Assembly: GCA_027031935.1 (NCBI GenBank)
Contig: JALVPF010000093.1
Location: forward strand, 1 to 47,631
Length of the DNA stretch: 47,631 bases
Direction of reading: 5' to 3'
Origin: Myxococcales bacterium
GTDB lineage: Bacteria; Myxococcota; B64-G9
Shown: piece by piece, positions 1 to 9,570 of the stretch
Layout of the letters: each line of letters begins with the position of its first letter
Position numbering within the stretch: position 1 is the first letter of the stretch
Notes under the pieces: generated by a model
What the model was told of the DNA's origin: nothing
Databases searched by the model: none
What the model saw: only the letters and a program-made list of their open reading frames with translations
Translations under genes and position numbers: made by a program

Positions 1-713
1 GATTCGACGGCCCCTACCAGAAGTTCTGCCATGATTCCAACACCTGCCGTTGAAACCACAAGCCAAATCAAGGCTTTTTTCACAGACCAGTGTTCGGAAT
101 GATCCACGTCCTTTTCGTCCACCACTCCGTAGAGGTGCTTATGGGTGACGAGCGAAAAGACCAGACTTAGACCATAGGCTGCAAAAAGAACCAGTGCTAT
201 GGCCAGGCTAAGCTCATGCTCGGTTTCGACACCGCTTCTGATGCCATGCTCGAGCATGTGAAAAACAGCAGGGACCACAAGTCCCACCATGGAGAGCAAC
301 ATCAGGCTTGCGCCCAGCCCTGCCGCCATTCGATTGAATTTTTGGGTCGACTGCTTCAAGCCTCCAGCAAGGATGGCCATGCCCAAAACCAGAAGACTAT
401 TGCCAACTATTGATCCAGTGACAGATGCGAGCACCATGTCGTGGAGACCTCGCTGTAAAGCCAAAATACCGATGATCAGCTCAGCAGCGTTTCCAAAAGT
501 TGCGTTGAGCAGCCCCCCTGCTCCAGGCCCCAGTCTTGCAGCAAGGTGCTCTGTAGCCTCTCCCATCCAACCTGCCATGGGTATTATGGAAAGAGCCGAA
601 GTGACAAAAATCCACACGGACTCATCCGGCATGACAAACCTCAACACCAGCGCCACCGGAAAGAACACAGCCATGAAGCTCAGAGGGTGGATCTGCAAGG
701 AACCTAATCGCAT
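1..713 (-). CDS. cax: Ca2+/H+ antiporter (CaCA family), runs off the window edge
   Basis: Not in the ORF track. Manual translation from ATG at 713 (GGAGGG upstream) gives MRLGSLQIHPLSF...GGLLNATFGNAAELIIG...GSIVGNSLLVLG...FSLVTHKHL, i.e. the alpha-1 repeat GNAAE motif. Confidence 0.9.
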   Translation of the reverse strand, partial: MRLGSLQIHPLSFMAVFFPVALVLRFVMPDESVWIFVTSALSIIPMAGWMGEATEHLAARLGPGAGGLLNATFGNAAELIIGILALQRGLHDMVLASVTGSIVGNSLLVLGMAILAGGLKQSTQKFNRMAAGLGASLMLLSMVGLVVPAVFHMLEHGIRSGVETEHELSLAIALVLFAAYGLSLVFSLVTHKHLYGVVDEKDVDHSEHWSVKKALIWLVVSTAGVGIMAELLVGAVE

Positions 714-749
714 GGCCCCTCCATCATGAAATGATTACAACTGATGCAC

Positions 750-2141
750 CTACTCCTCCGATTCAACCACCACATCTCTGGCTTCACCCTCTCCTCCAGG
801 TTTTCCATCAGCGCCCAGAGAGCGTAGTGTATATGCGTTTTTACCCTTGGGCTCATAGATCAGGGAATTTCCATATGAGTCCTTTGGGAGCTCCTTCAAC
901 ATGCCCTTTTTCACCAAGACCCCCAGGCCTTCCTTGGCATCTGGATATCTCATGTAGTCCAGTCTGTACATATCCAAGGCTGTCTGCACATCAGCCAAGG
1001 CCATCTGTGTCTGACTCACTCTGGATTTTCTTGCATAGCCTACAAATGCCGGTATGGCAATGGCCGAGCCTATACCCAAGACGAAAGAAGCGCCAATGGT
1101 CATTTGACGCGATCCGCTTATCTCCACCGTGTTTGCCCTGTGCACCACCGCAGGTTTGTTGGTGACAGGTGGAAAAATCTCGTCCATGGTCTTGCTCACC
1201 GCCTTCTGATTCTTGAGCGCCTCTTTGGCGGCAAGAGGCATTTCCGGCATCTTGTCCAGGTCAAATCCCAACAAGAACTTGCCGTAAGCCCTGTACATGT
1301 GCGAGCCGCCTAGCATGAACTCCCTCATGCCCTTTAGAAAATACTCTCCCCTCTGTGCGCCTTTTGCATCGTCGAAATCCAGAGAAAGACTAAAGCCCTC
1401 ACCGGCCCTGAGACGGACCCTCGAAAGAGATCCAAGAAGCGTGGATACAGCCCGCAAATCGGGTTCGACTGCAATTTCTTTCAAAAACTTCCCGAAGGCA
1501 ACATCCATCTTCATAATCTCGTCACCAGCGAGGCCAGAACCGAGGTACGGATGAGCCTTCAGTATGCTTTCTGCCCCGTGTTTGTTCTTGAGTACGGCGG
1601 GCATTGATGCAGGGTCTGCAAAAACCAGCAAATCATCCAAAAGGCTTATCATCACCGGCCCGTCGTCATCATCGTTGTCCAGATACACCTCATGACCCTC
1701 CATGATCTGAGGCTGTGCTCCATCGGCGATCATGGATGGTAGTTGTTTGGCAAATTTCCCCTGCACCACCGCAACCAGGCCAGGTTCACCCTGATTTGCG
1801 AAGCGGATTCCTATGGCCATGAGATGAAGATCCTTAAAAATATCCACCGAGTATTGTTGCTGAATTTTTTTCAGCTCATCGTCTAATTGCCCAAACTGTT
1901 TTTCCAGTTCAGCCTTGGCCGCAGGAGTTGAAGCCACGGCAGGAGTTTGCATCATCCAATTTCTGACCTTTTGGTAGTCAGCGGAGACCTTGTCCAAATC
2001 AACGATTACAACCATATTGCTCTCAGGCTCGAGTACTGACAACAGTCTGGCAAATTTTCCACCATCATCCGCTCCAGCCCTTGCCGGAGAGCAAAGACAC
2101 AAAGCGAGTATTGCAATGCTTACGAATCTCCCAGTCATCAC
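750..2141 (-). CDS. Exported protein: large N-terminal domain (DUF3352-like) plus C-terminal GspG pseudopilin-like domain
   Basis: Signal peptide ending ARA|G. C-terminus IAIPAFVGY...ALDMYRLDYMRYP...LPKDSYGNSLIY...SLGADGKPGGEGEARD matches the GspG head. GTGA overlap with the upstream gene. Confidence 0.75.
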   Translation of the reverse strand: MMTGRFVSIAILALCLCSPARAGADDGGKFARLLSVLEPESNMVVIVDLDKVSADYQKVRNWMMQTPAVASTPAAKAELEKQFGQLDDELKKIQQQYSVDIFKDLHLMAIGIRFANQGEPGLVAVVQGKFAKQLPSMIADGAQPQIMEGHEVYLDNDDDDGPVMISLLDDLLVFADPASMPAVLKNKHGAESILKAHPYLGSGLAGDEIMKMDVAFGKFLKEIAVEPDLRAVSTLLGSLSRVRLRAGEGFSLSLDFDDAKGAQRGEYFLKGMREFMLGGSHMYRAYGKFLLGFDLDKMPEMPLAAKEALKNQKAVSKTMDEIFPPVTNKPAVVHRANTVEISGSRQMTIGASFVLGIGSAIAIPAFVGYARKSRVSQTQMALADVQTALDMYRLDYMRYPDAKEGLGVLVKKGMLKELPKDSYGNSLIYEPKGKNAYTLRSLGADGKPGGEGEARDVVVESEE

Positions 2142-3406
2142 CTGGCCTCCTTCTTTTTTGCTGCACCCTTGCTGTCGTCCATGCGAAGAGTCCCGTCAGG
2201 ATTCACCTTTGGTGCCGAGTCCATTTTCATCAGGGCCTCATTCTGCTTCTTTTGTTCCAACTCCATCTCCGCCCTCTCGTTCTTCACTGCCTGCTGGTAC
2301 TTGATAAAACTTGGCACAGCCACAGAAGCCAGTATTCCGATTATGGACAAAGAGCCTTTGAGCATTCCCAGATCAGCCAGGAGTGTTACCTTTTTTCCAT
2401 CCACTTCCACTCTTGGAGCTTTTTGCGATTCTGGAAACAAAAAGTCCAAGCTTTGCTCCTGGGCTTTCCTGTCAGCCAATGCCGTCCTTATCTCTGGAGG
2501 CAGACCATCCAACAGGTCCAAATCCAGGGCCATGCTCATGAAAGTGATACCCCTTATCAGTTGCCGACCACCCATCATCATCTCTGCCTCTGCCTGAAGC
2601 AGGTTCTTGACATGGTCTGCACCATTATCGTCTGCACACACAAGTGACACCTCAACCTGGTCAGCTACGTCTACAAACAGTTGCCGTACGGAAAAAAGAC
2701 TCTCTACCATCATCAAATCCGGTGCCTGGTCCATTTCCTGTTTTGCCCATATCACGATCCATGGGGCCATGAAAAAGGACATGCGCAAATAGGATTTGGT
2801 GGCATCATCCCTGAAAAGTTCCGGATGGTGTTTGAGCAAAGTCTCAGAAACATCACCGCCCTTGAGCCTCTTTTCGGTCATGTCCCCGCTGCAGGCCACG
2901 AGAGTCTTGCCCCCCTCTATGGCCACCTGAAAGCCTGACTCGGGAATGGTCCAGACATCGGTTCCAAACTTTTTCTCGGGATTGACGCCCGGAAGGACTT
3001 TCTGAAAAACACCAGGTGGAATTTTTCCATCGATCACAGCCACCACGCTTGGAACCTCACCATTTTGCTTCAGATGGATTCCGATGGCCATGCGGTGGAA
3101 ATCCTTCAAGACATCGAATCCCAACATTCCCCTGGCAAGGGCAAGGCTGGAATCCAGAATGTTCAACTGCTGCTCTATCATTCGCTTGAGTTCAGGGTGC
3201 GCCGCCACGATGGGCACGGTCGTAACTGTCTTGCGCAGCTTGTCGAAGCCCCTGCTCAAGGACGCCAGGTCCACGATAAATACAACATCCGATTCCGCAT
3301 CCAGCCTGGAGACCAGTGGAACATAGGGCCCCTTTGGTGCCTTACTGCTTCCACATCCATAAACGAGCAGGCAGACTCCGATGAAAGATATTAGAGCGCG
3401 TCTCAT
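2138..3406 (-). CDS. Lipoprotein paralog of 750..2141 with a C-terminal pilin-like helix
   Basis: Lipobox-like LVYG|C and GGAGGGA RBS. Shares motifs with its neighbour (ES.VV.IVDL, D..KD.H.MAIGI, VVAV..GK, E.M.GG). Contains SIIGILASVAVPSFIKY. Confidence 0.75.
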   Translation of the reverse strand: MRRALISFIGVCLLVYGCGSSKAPKGPYVPLVSRLDAESDVVFIVDLASLSRGFDKLRKTVTTVPIVAAHPELKRMIEQQLNILDSSLALARGMLGFDVLKDFHRMAIGIHLKQNGEVPSVVAVIDGKIPPGVFQKVLPGVNPEKKFGTDVWTIPESGFQVAIEGGKTLVACSGDMTEKRLKGGDVSETLLKHHPELFRDDATKSYLRMSFFMAPWIVIWAKQEMDQAPDLMMVESLFSVRQLFVDVADQVEVSLVCADDNGADHVKNLLQAEAEMMMGGRQLIRGITFMSMALDLDLLDGLPPEIRTALADRKAQEQSLDFLFPESQKAPRVEVDGKKVTLLADLGMLKGSLSIIGILASVAVPSFIKYQQAVKNERAEMELEQKKQNEALMKMDSAPKVNPDGTLRMDDSKGAAKKKEAR

Positions 3407-3467
3407 GAAAAACTCCCTCCGTAAAATTGGCCAAATATTCAGTGATACAACGAAAGATGCATATCAC

Positions 3468-3515
3468 AATCTCCCATCATCTGGAATCAGATTTCCCATA
3501 AGGTTTGTGGGGGTC
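3468..3515 (+). repeat. Internally deleted copy of the palindromic element
   Basis: aatctccca-N7-gaatcagatttccca matches the left end of the copies at 35736 and 43811. It is followed by gtgggggtc, resembling the right end gtgggaaatc. Confidence 0.6.
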
Positions 3516-3522
3516 GGTAAGA

Positions 3523-3552
3523 TTGACATGCCGTCCCATGCATCTGTATCAT
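3523..3552 (+). promoter_or_regulatory. Putative sigma70 promoter of fadD
   Basis: TTGACA-N18-TATCAT, about 50 nt upstream of the ATG at 3600. Confidence 0.5.
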
Positions 3553-3599
3553 GCGCACACGTGTATAAACTTCGTCAGATGATTCACGGGAGGGTTTCC

Positions 3600-5297
3600 A
3601 TGACCATTTCAGAACAAAGACCTTGGCTTGACAATTGGCCAGAGAACGTCCCCAAACATCTCGATTACCCGGACAAGTCCCTGGGTGAAATTTTCGACGA
3701 CACATGTTCTCAATACTCGGACAGGCCTGCTGTCATTTTTCCATACAACCAGAAAATGGACTCCACCATAAGCTACGCTCAACTAAAGGCATGGGTGGAT
3801 TCGTTTGCTACTTCCCTGTCCCAGTTGGGAGTAAAAAAGGGAGACGTTGTAGGCATCAGGCTTCCCAATACCATTCACTATGTCATCGCCTATTTTGCAG
3901 CCATGAAACTCGGAGCCATAGTCACGGCCAACAACCCCCTGTACAAGGCGGCTGAGGTGGAACACCAGTTCAACGACTCAGGAGCCAAGGTCCTCGTGGT
4001 AATGGATATCGTATACGAAGAAGCAGCAAGGGCCCTTCCCAAAACAAAGATCGAAAAGGTCATCGGCTGCAATATCGCCGACTTCATGCCAGGCTTGAAA
4101 CGTTTCCTCGGCAAGCTCCTGGGCAAGATTCCACAGGCTCCCATGAGCGCGGATGTTCTACGGTTTACCGATCTCCTCCACACGAAGCCATCCCTGCCCA
4201 AGGTGGAGTTGAACCCCAGAGAGGATCTGGCGGTGCTCCAATACACGGGCGGAACCACGGGTCGCCCAAAGGGTGCCATGCTCACCCACTACAACCTGGT
4301 CTGCAACGCATACCAGACAAAGGCATGGGAGTGGAAGAACCGACCGGGTGAGGACCTCATATGCGGGGTGCTGCCATTGTTCCACATCTACGCCATGACT
4401 ACGGTGATGAACCTTGCCGTGATTTCCGGAAGCTCCATGCTGCTTTTCCCCAAACCCCCTGAAGACTGGGCGGTGTTGCTGGCTGCCATAGAGAAGTACA
4501 AAGTGAATCTTTTTCCAGGTGTGGCCGCTTTGTACAACGCCATAAACAATCATCCAAAGGTCAAGGAATACGATCTGTCTTCCATCAGGGCATGTCTGTC
4601 AGGAGCAGGTCCCTTACCGGAACAGATACAGACCAGGTTCGAAGAACTCTCCGGCGCGAGGCTCATCGAAGGTTATGGTCTGACCGAAGCTTCTCCGGTC
4701 ACCCATGCAAATCCTCTCTACGGTCGCAGAAAAATCGGCTCCATTGGTCTGCCCTTTCCGGACACGGAAGCAAAGATCATGGACAAGGACACGGGTGAAA
4801 AGGAATTGGAGCCCGGCCGAATAGGAGAACTGGTTGTCAAAGGTCCGCAGGTGATGAAAGGTTATTACAACACGGACGAAAACTCTGATGTGCTGAGAGA
4901 TGGGTGGCTGTATACAGGCGATCTGGGAACAGTGGATGAGGAGGGGTACTTCAAGATCGTGGATCGCAAGAAAGACATGATAAAACGCAGCGGATATTCG
5001 GTATTTCCGGCAGAAGTGGAAGAATATCTCTATCAAAACGAACACGTGCTCGAATGTGCTGTCATCGGGATTCCGGACAAGAAATCCGGCGAGGAGATAA
5101 AAGCCTTCATAGCCCTCAAACCTGAATCTGTAGGCAAGGTCAGTGAGCAGGATATCATACAGTGGGCCAAGGACAACATGGCAGCATACAAATACCCGCG
5201 GCTGGTGGAATTCAGAGAAGAAATTCCCAAAGGCACAGCAGGAAAAATACTGCGCCGAGAACTCAAGGAAGAGGAGTTGGAAAAGAAAAAATCATGA
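3600..5297 (+). CDS. fadD: Long-chain-fatty-acid--CoA ligase
   Basis: YTGGTTGRPKG AMP-binding loop, EGYGLTE, TGDLG, DRKKDMI, GKILRR. Start moved to ATG 3600 after GGGAGG. Confidence 0.92.
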   Translation: MTISEQRPWLDNWPENVPKHLDYPDKSLGEIFDDTCSQYSDRPAVIFPYNQKMDSTISYAQLKAWVDSFATSLSQLGVKKGDVVGIRLPNTIHYVIAYFAAMKLGAIVTANNPLYKAAEVEHQFNDSGAKVLVVMDIVYEEAARALPKTKIEKVIGCNIADFMPGLKRFLGKLLGKIPQAPMSADVLRFTDLLHTKPSLPKVELNPREDLAVLQYTGGTTGRPKGAMLTHYNLVCNAYQTKAWEWKNRPGEDLICGVLPLFHIYAMTTVMNLAVISGSSMLLFPKPPEDWAVLLAAIEKYKVNLFPGVAALYNAINNHPKVKEYDLSSIRACLSGAGPLPEQIQTRFEELSGARLIEGYGLTEASPVTHANPLYGRRKIGSIGLPFPDTEAKIMDKDTGEKELEPGRIGELVVKGPQVMKGYYNTDENSDVLRDGWLYTGDLGTVDEEGYFKIVDRKKDMIKRSGYSVFPAEVEEYLYQNEHVLECAVIGIPDKKSGEEIKAFIALKPESVGKVSEQDIIQWAKDNMAAYKYPRLVEFREEIPKGTAGKILRRELKEEELEKKKS

Positions 5298-7705
5298 CCT
5301 TCAAAATCCCAGAAATTCATCCCGGAATATTTCCAATATTTGTTCTGTTTTTTTCCACCACTCTCATGGCACAGGATATCTCGGAAACAAAAAAGATATC
5401 CATTCTTTTCACTACAGATCTCTATGGATTGTTCAGCCCGGTAAAATGTGATGCTCCACCACAAACCGACTTTGCCAACCTGGTGGGAACCATAAAAAAG
5501 ATACGCGAAGAAAACAAAAGACAAGGGCTGAGTGAGCCGCTCGTACTCAACGGTGGCGACAACATCGGTCCCAGGGCCTTTGCCAGGTTCGTACTCATAC
5601 AAGGTCAATCTGGTGGCGAGGCCATGGCCAGATGGCTCAAGGCTGCAGGCTATGGACTAATCGCTTTGGGCAACCAGGATTTTTATGCCGTTGCCCAACG
5701 ACTGGCTGCGTACCTCAAGGGAGGAAAGGATCTCGGCCTGGATTTCTCAGCAGCCAACCTGGACTGCAAGACCAAAAAAGGCATCTGCAAGTATATTGGA
5801 GCTGGTCCGGGTCGGTTCAAGATGTTCCAACGCGATGGATTGAACATTGCGGTACTGAGCGTTATACACGCTGACCTGGCAAAGCTGGTCGGGCCCGGAA
5901 GGCTCGACAACATACAGGTCGAAGACCCGGCACAAAGAGCGAAAGAGGTTATTGAGGCAGCACGCCAGGCAGGGGCTGACCTGGTGATCGTCATCTCTCA
6001 TACGGAACACGCAGAGACATCTCCACGTACCACCATTGCCTTGGCAAGGGCCATTCCAGACGCTGATCTTGTGATCGCAAACGCCTTTACCGTGAACAAG
6101 GATGATAGAGGTATCGGTGTAATCAGGTTTTCCGATGGTGCGTCACCCATTATCGGATGCGATCTCATGGGTGAACACCTCTGCCTGGCGCAACTCGAAG
6201 CAAAAAAGACCGGGGGCAGGTGGCGAGTGTCGAATCTGTCCAACCAGGAGCTGAATCCTTCGTCAGCAAAACCGGACGAACAGGTACGCAAAGAAATTGA
6301 AGAATACCTGAAAGACTACTGCTCAAAGTGGGATAAGCCTGTGGGCAAGGGGAAGCTGGCCCGGGCGATGAACCCGGACGATTTCCGAAGATACATAATG
6401 GAGATCATGCGTGCATCGAGCAAAAGCGAACTTGCATTCATAAACCGGGGCCTGGTGGATGAATCGGTCGTCTTCCCCATGAAAGGGCACATCACGAGAC
6501 ACGATTTTTTTGCAGGTCTTCCCCACAGAAACAAGCTCTACACCTTTGGGCTGAAAGGCAAGCAGGTAAATGCACTGTGTAAAAAACTGCTCAAGGAAAA
6601 ACAAGTAAGCGGCAAGACCAGGCTCGAACATCTTGGTCTGTCCTGTGGGAAGAAAAACAGGGTAAACGGCAGACTCATCGATCCCAACGATACCTATACG
6701 GCAATAACCATTGAATACCTGGCGGCTGGAGTCCTCGGATACTTCGATCCGAAAAAAATCCACATGAAGCCCTTCATGCAGCAAGGATTCGATCATCAAC
6801 CCATACTTGGTCAGGTGGCGAGAAAATTTCTCTCCAGCCCCAGGTTCCAAGGCGACAACCCGGAGCTCATCGACCCTGATCAAAACTTCTCCGATCTGTC
6901 ACGTACGCTGAGATGGACCTTCTTCGGTGGACTCAACCTGAACCTGTCAGACACTGCCATATACAACGATCGTGCATATGATCAATCGCAACTTGCCAGG
7001 GACGAGTTCATGGCCCTGAAAGGAGAAATAAGGGCCAGGATTGAGGCAAACTCCAGAATTCACGGCCTGTCCATAGATGCAAGGCTGAAATATGCAAAAT
7101 CGTCCACAGCTGACGGACCCTGGATAGAGAGTGAAGACCTGACCACAGTCAACGCGGTATACAAGCTCAAGTCTTTCAGGGATGCCAACTCTGGCTGGTA
7201 CGTTCCCATGCCCTACCTGGAATCCAAGCTGGAGACGGAACTGACCAAGCCCCAGGACGATCCTGCAACAACGGAGATTGATGAAGGTCGCTCATACCAC
7301 CACCTGGAAGTAACCGCCACCTTGGGCACCAGGTTCAAGCTGCTGCAGACCCTGGAGGCAAAAGCAGGATTCGGTCTCAGGGACGAGACATTAGACCCCG
7401 ACGCAAAGCCGGTATATGGATTCGACATAGGCTACCTGCTGAAGAAAACGAACCTGCTGAGCTTGCTGGGAAGTCCTCTTCAGATGGAATCGCAACTCAC
7501 GGCATTCTTCGGAGACCTGGGCCGTACCAACACCCTGAAGGGGACCTGGACAAATCGCTTGTATTTTTCCATCATCGGGCCCATATACTTCAATATCACC
7601 CACGAATTGTTCGTTTACAGATACTCCACGTGGGATTACGGAATTGCTTCGGATTTCACATTCGGCCTGAGCTATAACGCTCAGACTTCGTTGCAGGCAT
7701 TTTGA
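5294..7705 (+). CDS. Secreted 5'-nucleotidase-fold protein with degenerate motifs, fused to a probable outer-membrane beta-barrel
   Basis: ATGA overlap with fadD and signal peptide ending LMA|Q. Motifs TTDLYG, GGDN, LGNQDF and ISH, then a nucleotidase C-domain-like region (AFINRG, TIEYLAAG). C-terminus has amphipathic strands and a terminal F. Confidence 0.7.
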   Translation: MTFKIPEIHPGIFPIFVLFFSTTLMAQDISETKKISILFTTDLYGLFSPVKCDAPPQTDFANLVGTIKKIREENKRQGLSEPLVLNGGDNIGPRAFARFVLIQGQSGGEAMARWLKAAGYGLIALGNQDFYAVAQRLAAYLKGGKDLGLDFSAANLDCKTKKGICKYIGAGPGRFKMFQRDGLNIAVLSVIHADLAKLVGPGRLDNIQVEDPAQRAKEVIEAARQAGADLVIVISHTEHAETSPRTTIALARAIPDADLVIANAFTVNKDDRGIGVIRFSDGASPIIGCDLMGEHLCLAQLEAKKTGGRWRVSNLSNQELNPSSAKPDEQVRKEIEEYLKDYCSKWDKPVGKGKLARAMNPDDFRRYIMEIMRASSKSELAFINRGLVDESVVFPMKGHITRHDFFAGLPHRNKLYTFGLKGKQVNALCKKLLKEKQVSGKTRLEHLGLSCGKKNRVNGRLIDPNDTYTAITIEYLAAGVLGYFDPKKIHMKPFMQQGFDHQPILGQVARKFLSSPRFQGDNPELIDPDQNFSDLSRTLRWTFFGGLNLNLSDTAIYNDRAYDQSQLARDEFMALKGEIRARIEANSRIHGLSIDARLKYAKSSTADGPWIESEDLTTVNAVYKLKSFRDANSGWYVPMPYLESKLETELTKPQDDPATTEIDEGRSYHHLEVTATLGTRFKLLQTLEAKAGFGLRDETLDPDAKPVYGFDIGYLLKKTNLLSLLGSPLQMESQLTAFFGDLGRTNTLKGTWTNRLYFSIIGPIYFNITHELFVYRYSTWDYGIASDFTFGLSYNAQTSLQAF

Positions 7706-7747
7706 GACGGTCGGTTCGGACCTGCACAACACAAACGGAGGGCTATC

Positions 7748-8968
7748 ATGGATTTCAATATCTTGTCTTCTCTCGCCACCAAGTCGAAATCAAAGGTGTT
7801 GCTGGTTGTCCTGGACGGCCTTGGTGGTCTGCCGGGAGAGCAGGGGCTGACAGCACTGGAGGCCGCAGAAACTCCCAACATGAACAAGGTTGCAGAATAT
7901 GGTGAATGTGGTTTCCACGATCCCGTGTCTCCTGGAATCACCCCGGGGTCCGGACCTGCTCATATCGGACTTTTCGGCTACGCTCCCTTCAAGTACAACA
8001 TCGGCAGAGGGGTGCTGGACACGGCTGGAACACCTTTTGTTTTCGAACCCGGCGACCTGGCAGCCCGATTGAACTTTGCAACCCTGGCTGCAGACGGAAC
8101 CATCTCGGACAGGAGAGCTGGACGCATTTCCGACGAAGAAGGAAAGCGGGTCGTAAAAAAGCTTTCGGAAAAAATCACCGAGATTGATGGAGTCAAGTTA
8201 CTCCTGCAGCATGTAAAGGAATACAGGGCTGCAGCCATATTCCGCGGTGCCGAACTCGATGGCAAGCTGTGCGACTCGGACCCCCAAAAAGTAGGACTGA
8301 AGCCACTGGAGGTCAAACCGCTGACAGACGAACCAGACCCAAAGGCAGAGCTTGGTGCAAAACTGGCCAACGAGTTCATTCGCCAGGCAAAAGAAGTTCT
8401 AAAGGACGAGCCCAAGGCCAATTTCCTGATGATGCGCGGCTTTGATGTATACGATCCCCTGCCCAATTTCAGCACGATGTACAAATGGACGGCAACTGCG
8501 GTCGCTGCTTACCCCATGTACAAGGGTGTGGCCAAGCTGGCTGGGATGAACGTCATAGAAAGAGGCCAGAACACCATCGAAGAGGAAGTTCAAATCGTGG
8601 AAGATATATGGAACGAGACGGACTTCGTCTTTCTCCATATAAAGAAAACCGATTCAGCGGGCGAAGACGGAAACATGTCCAAAAAGATCGAGGTGATAGA
8701 ACACTTTGACCGGGTCTTGCCCAGGCTTCTTGCGCTCAAGCCAGATGTCCTGTGCATCACGGGAGATCACTCGACCCCGTGTACCATGAAGAGCCATTCA
8801 TGGCATCCAGTACCCATCTGTATCAACTCTGCTGTCAACAGGATCGACAATGTGAAGAAATTCGGAGAGCGAGACTTCATGCAAGGCGGCCTTGGACGCA
8901 TCCACTCAACCGATGTAATGCCATTACTGCTCGCCCACGCAGGACGTCTGAAAAAATACGGCGCGTGA
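7748..8968 (+). CDS. apgM: 2,3-bisphosphoglycerate-independent phosphoglycerate mutase, archaeal type
   Basis: VLDGLGG, PGSGPAH, IGRGVL, DRRAGRI, HIKKTDSAGEDG, TGDHSTP, HSWHPVP. Confidence 0.9.
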   Translation: MDFNILSSLATKSKSKVLLVVLDGLGGLPGEQGLTALEAAETPNMNKVAEYGECGFHDPVSPGITPGSGPAHIGLFGYAPFKYNIGRGVLDTAGTPFVFEPGDLAARLNFATLAADGTISDRRAGRISDEEGKRVVKKLSEKITEIDGVKLLLQHVKEYRAAAIFRGAELDGKLCDSDPQKVGLKPLEVKPLTDEPDPKAELGAKLANEFIRQAKEVLKDEPKANFLMMRGFDVYDPLPNFSTMYKWTATAVAAYPMYKGVAKLAGMNVIERGQNTIEEEVQIVEDIWNETDFVFLHIKKTDSAGEDGNMSKKIEVIEHFDRVLPRLLALKPDVLCITGDHSTPCTMKSHSWHPVPICINSAVNRIDNVKKFGERDFMQGGLGRIHSTDVMPLLLAHAGRLKKYGA

Positions 8969-9111
8969 TCTGAGAGTCCAAAAAACTACAGATTCTTCAT
9001 ATTATCTCGAGTTGCGAATCGAGTTAGGGTTTGCATTTTCAATGGACCGGGTGTTACGATTTACGCTTGATCGCAGAGGTCGTATAGTTTGACGCGGCCT
9101 GAAAGGAACCA

Positions 9112-9552
9112 ATGGGTATTACAGAAGAATCCATAGAAAGGCTGCTATCCCTTCGCAGAGAACTGGACAGGATTTTCAGAGATTTTTTTGATCCGAGCCG
9201 TCCCGAAGCAATGGAGGACGGACAGGTGGATCTTACCACCGACATCTTCGAGACCGTTGAAGAAATAGTGTTGGAAATAGAGCTCCCGGGAATACAGAAG
9301 CAGGATCTGAAGCTAAGCGTGCTCAGGGATGTGATCATAGTCGAAGGAAAAAAGCCCAGGCCATTGCAAGCAAAAGGAATTCACCACATCTGCATGGAAC
9401 GTACATCAGGACACTTCAGGAGGATCATCGAGTTGCCTGGCGCTGGTGACACGAGCAACATCAGTGCTGAACTCAAAAATGGCCTGCTTGTAATCAGAAT
9501 GCCAAAAATCGAGGATCGAAGGGGACGACACAGGACCATACCAATCTCCTGA
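9112..9552 (+). CDS. Hsp20/alpha-crystallin small heat-shock protein
   Basis: DIFET, ELPGI, ERTSGHFRRIIELP, AELKNGLLVIRMPK. Lies directly upstream of lon. Confidence 0.9.
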   Translation: MGITEESIERLLSLRRELDRIFRDFFDPSRPEAMEDGQVDLTTDIFETVEEIVLEIELPGIQKQDLKLSVLRDVIIVEGKKPRPLQAKGIHHICMERTSGHFRRIIELPGAGDTSNISAELKNGLLVIRMPKIEDRRGRHRTIPIS

Positions 9553-9570
9553 GACTCAAAGCCGGGTGGG

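Noticed and set aside
216..1165. Plus-strand ORFs at the window start and other nested or antisense ORFs in the track
   Set aside because: They are shadows of well-supported genes (here cax and the GspG-tail gene) and lack motifs.
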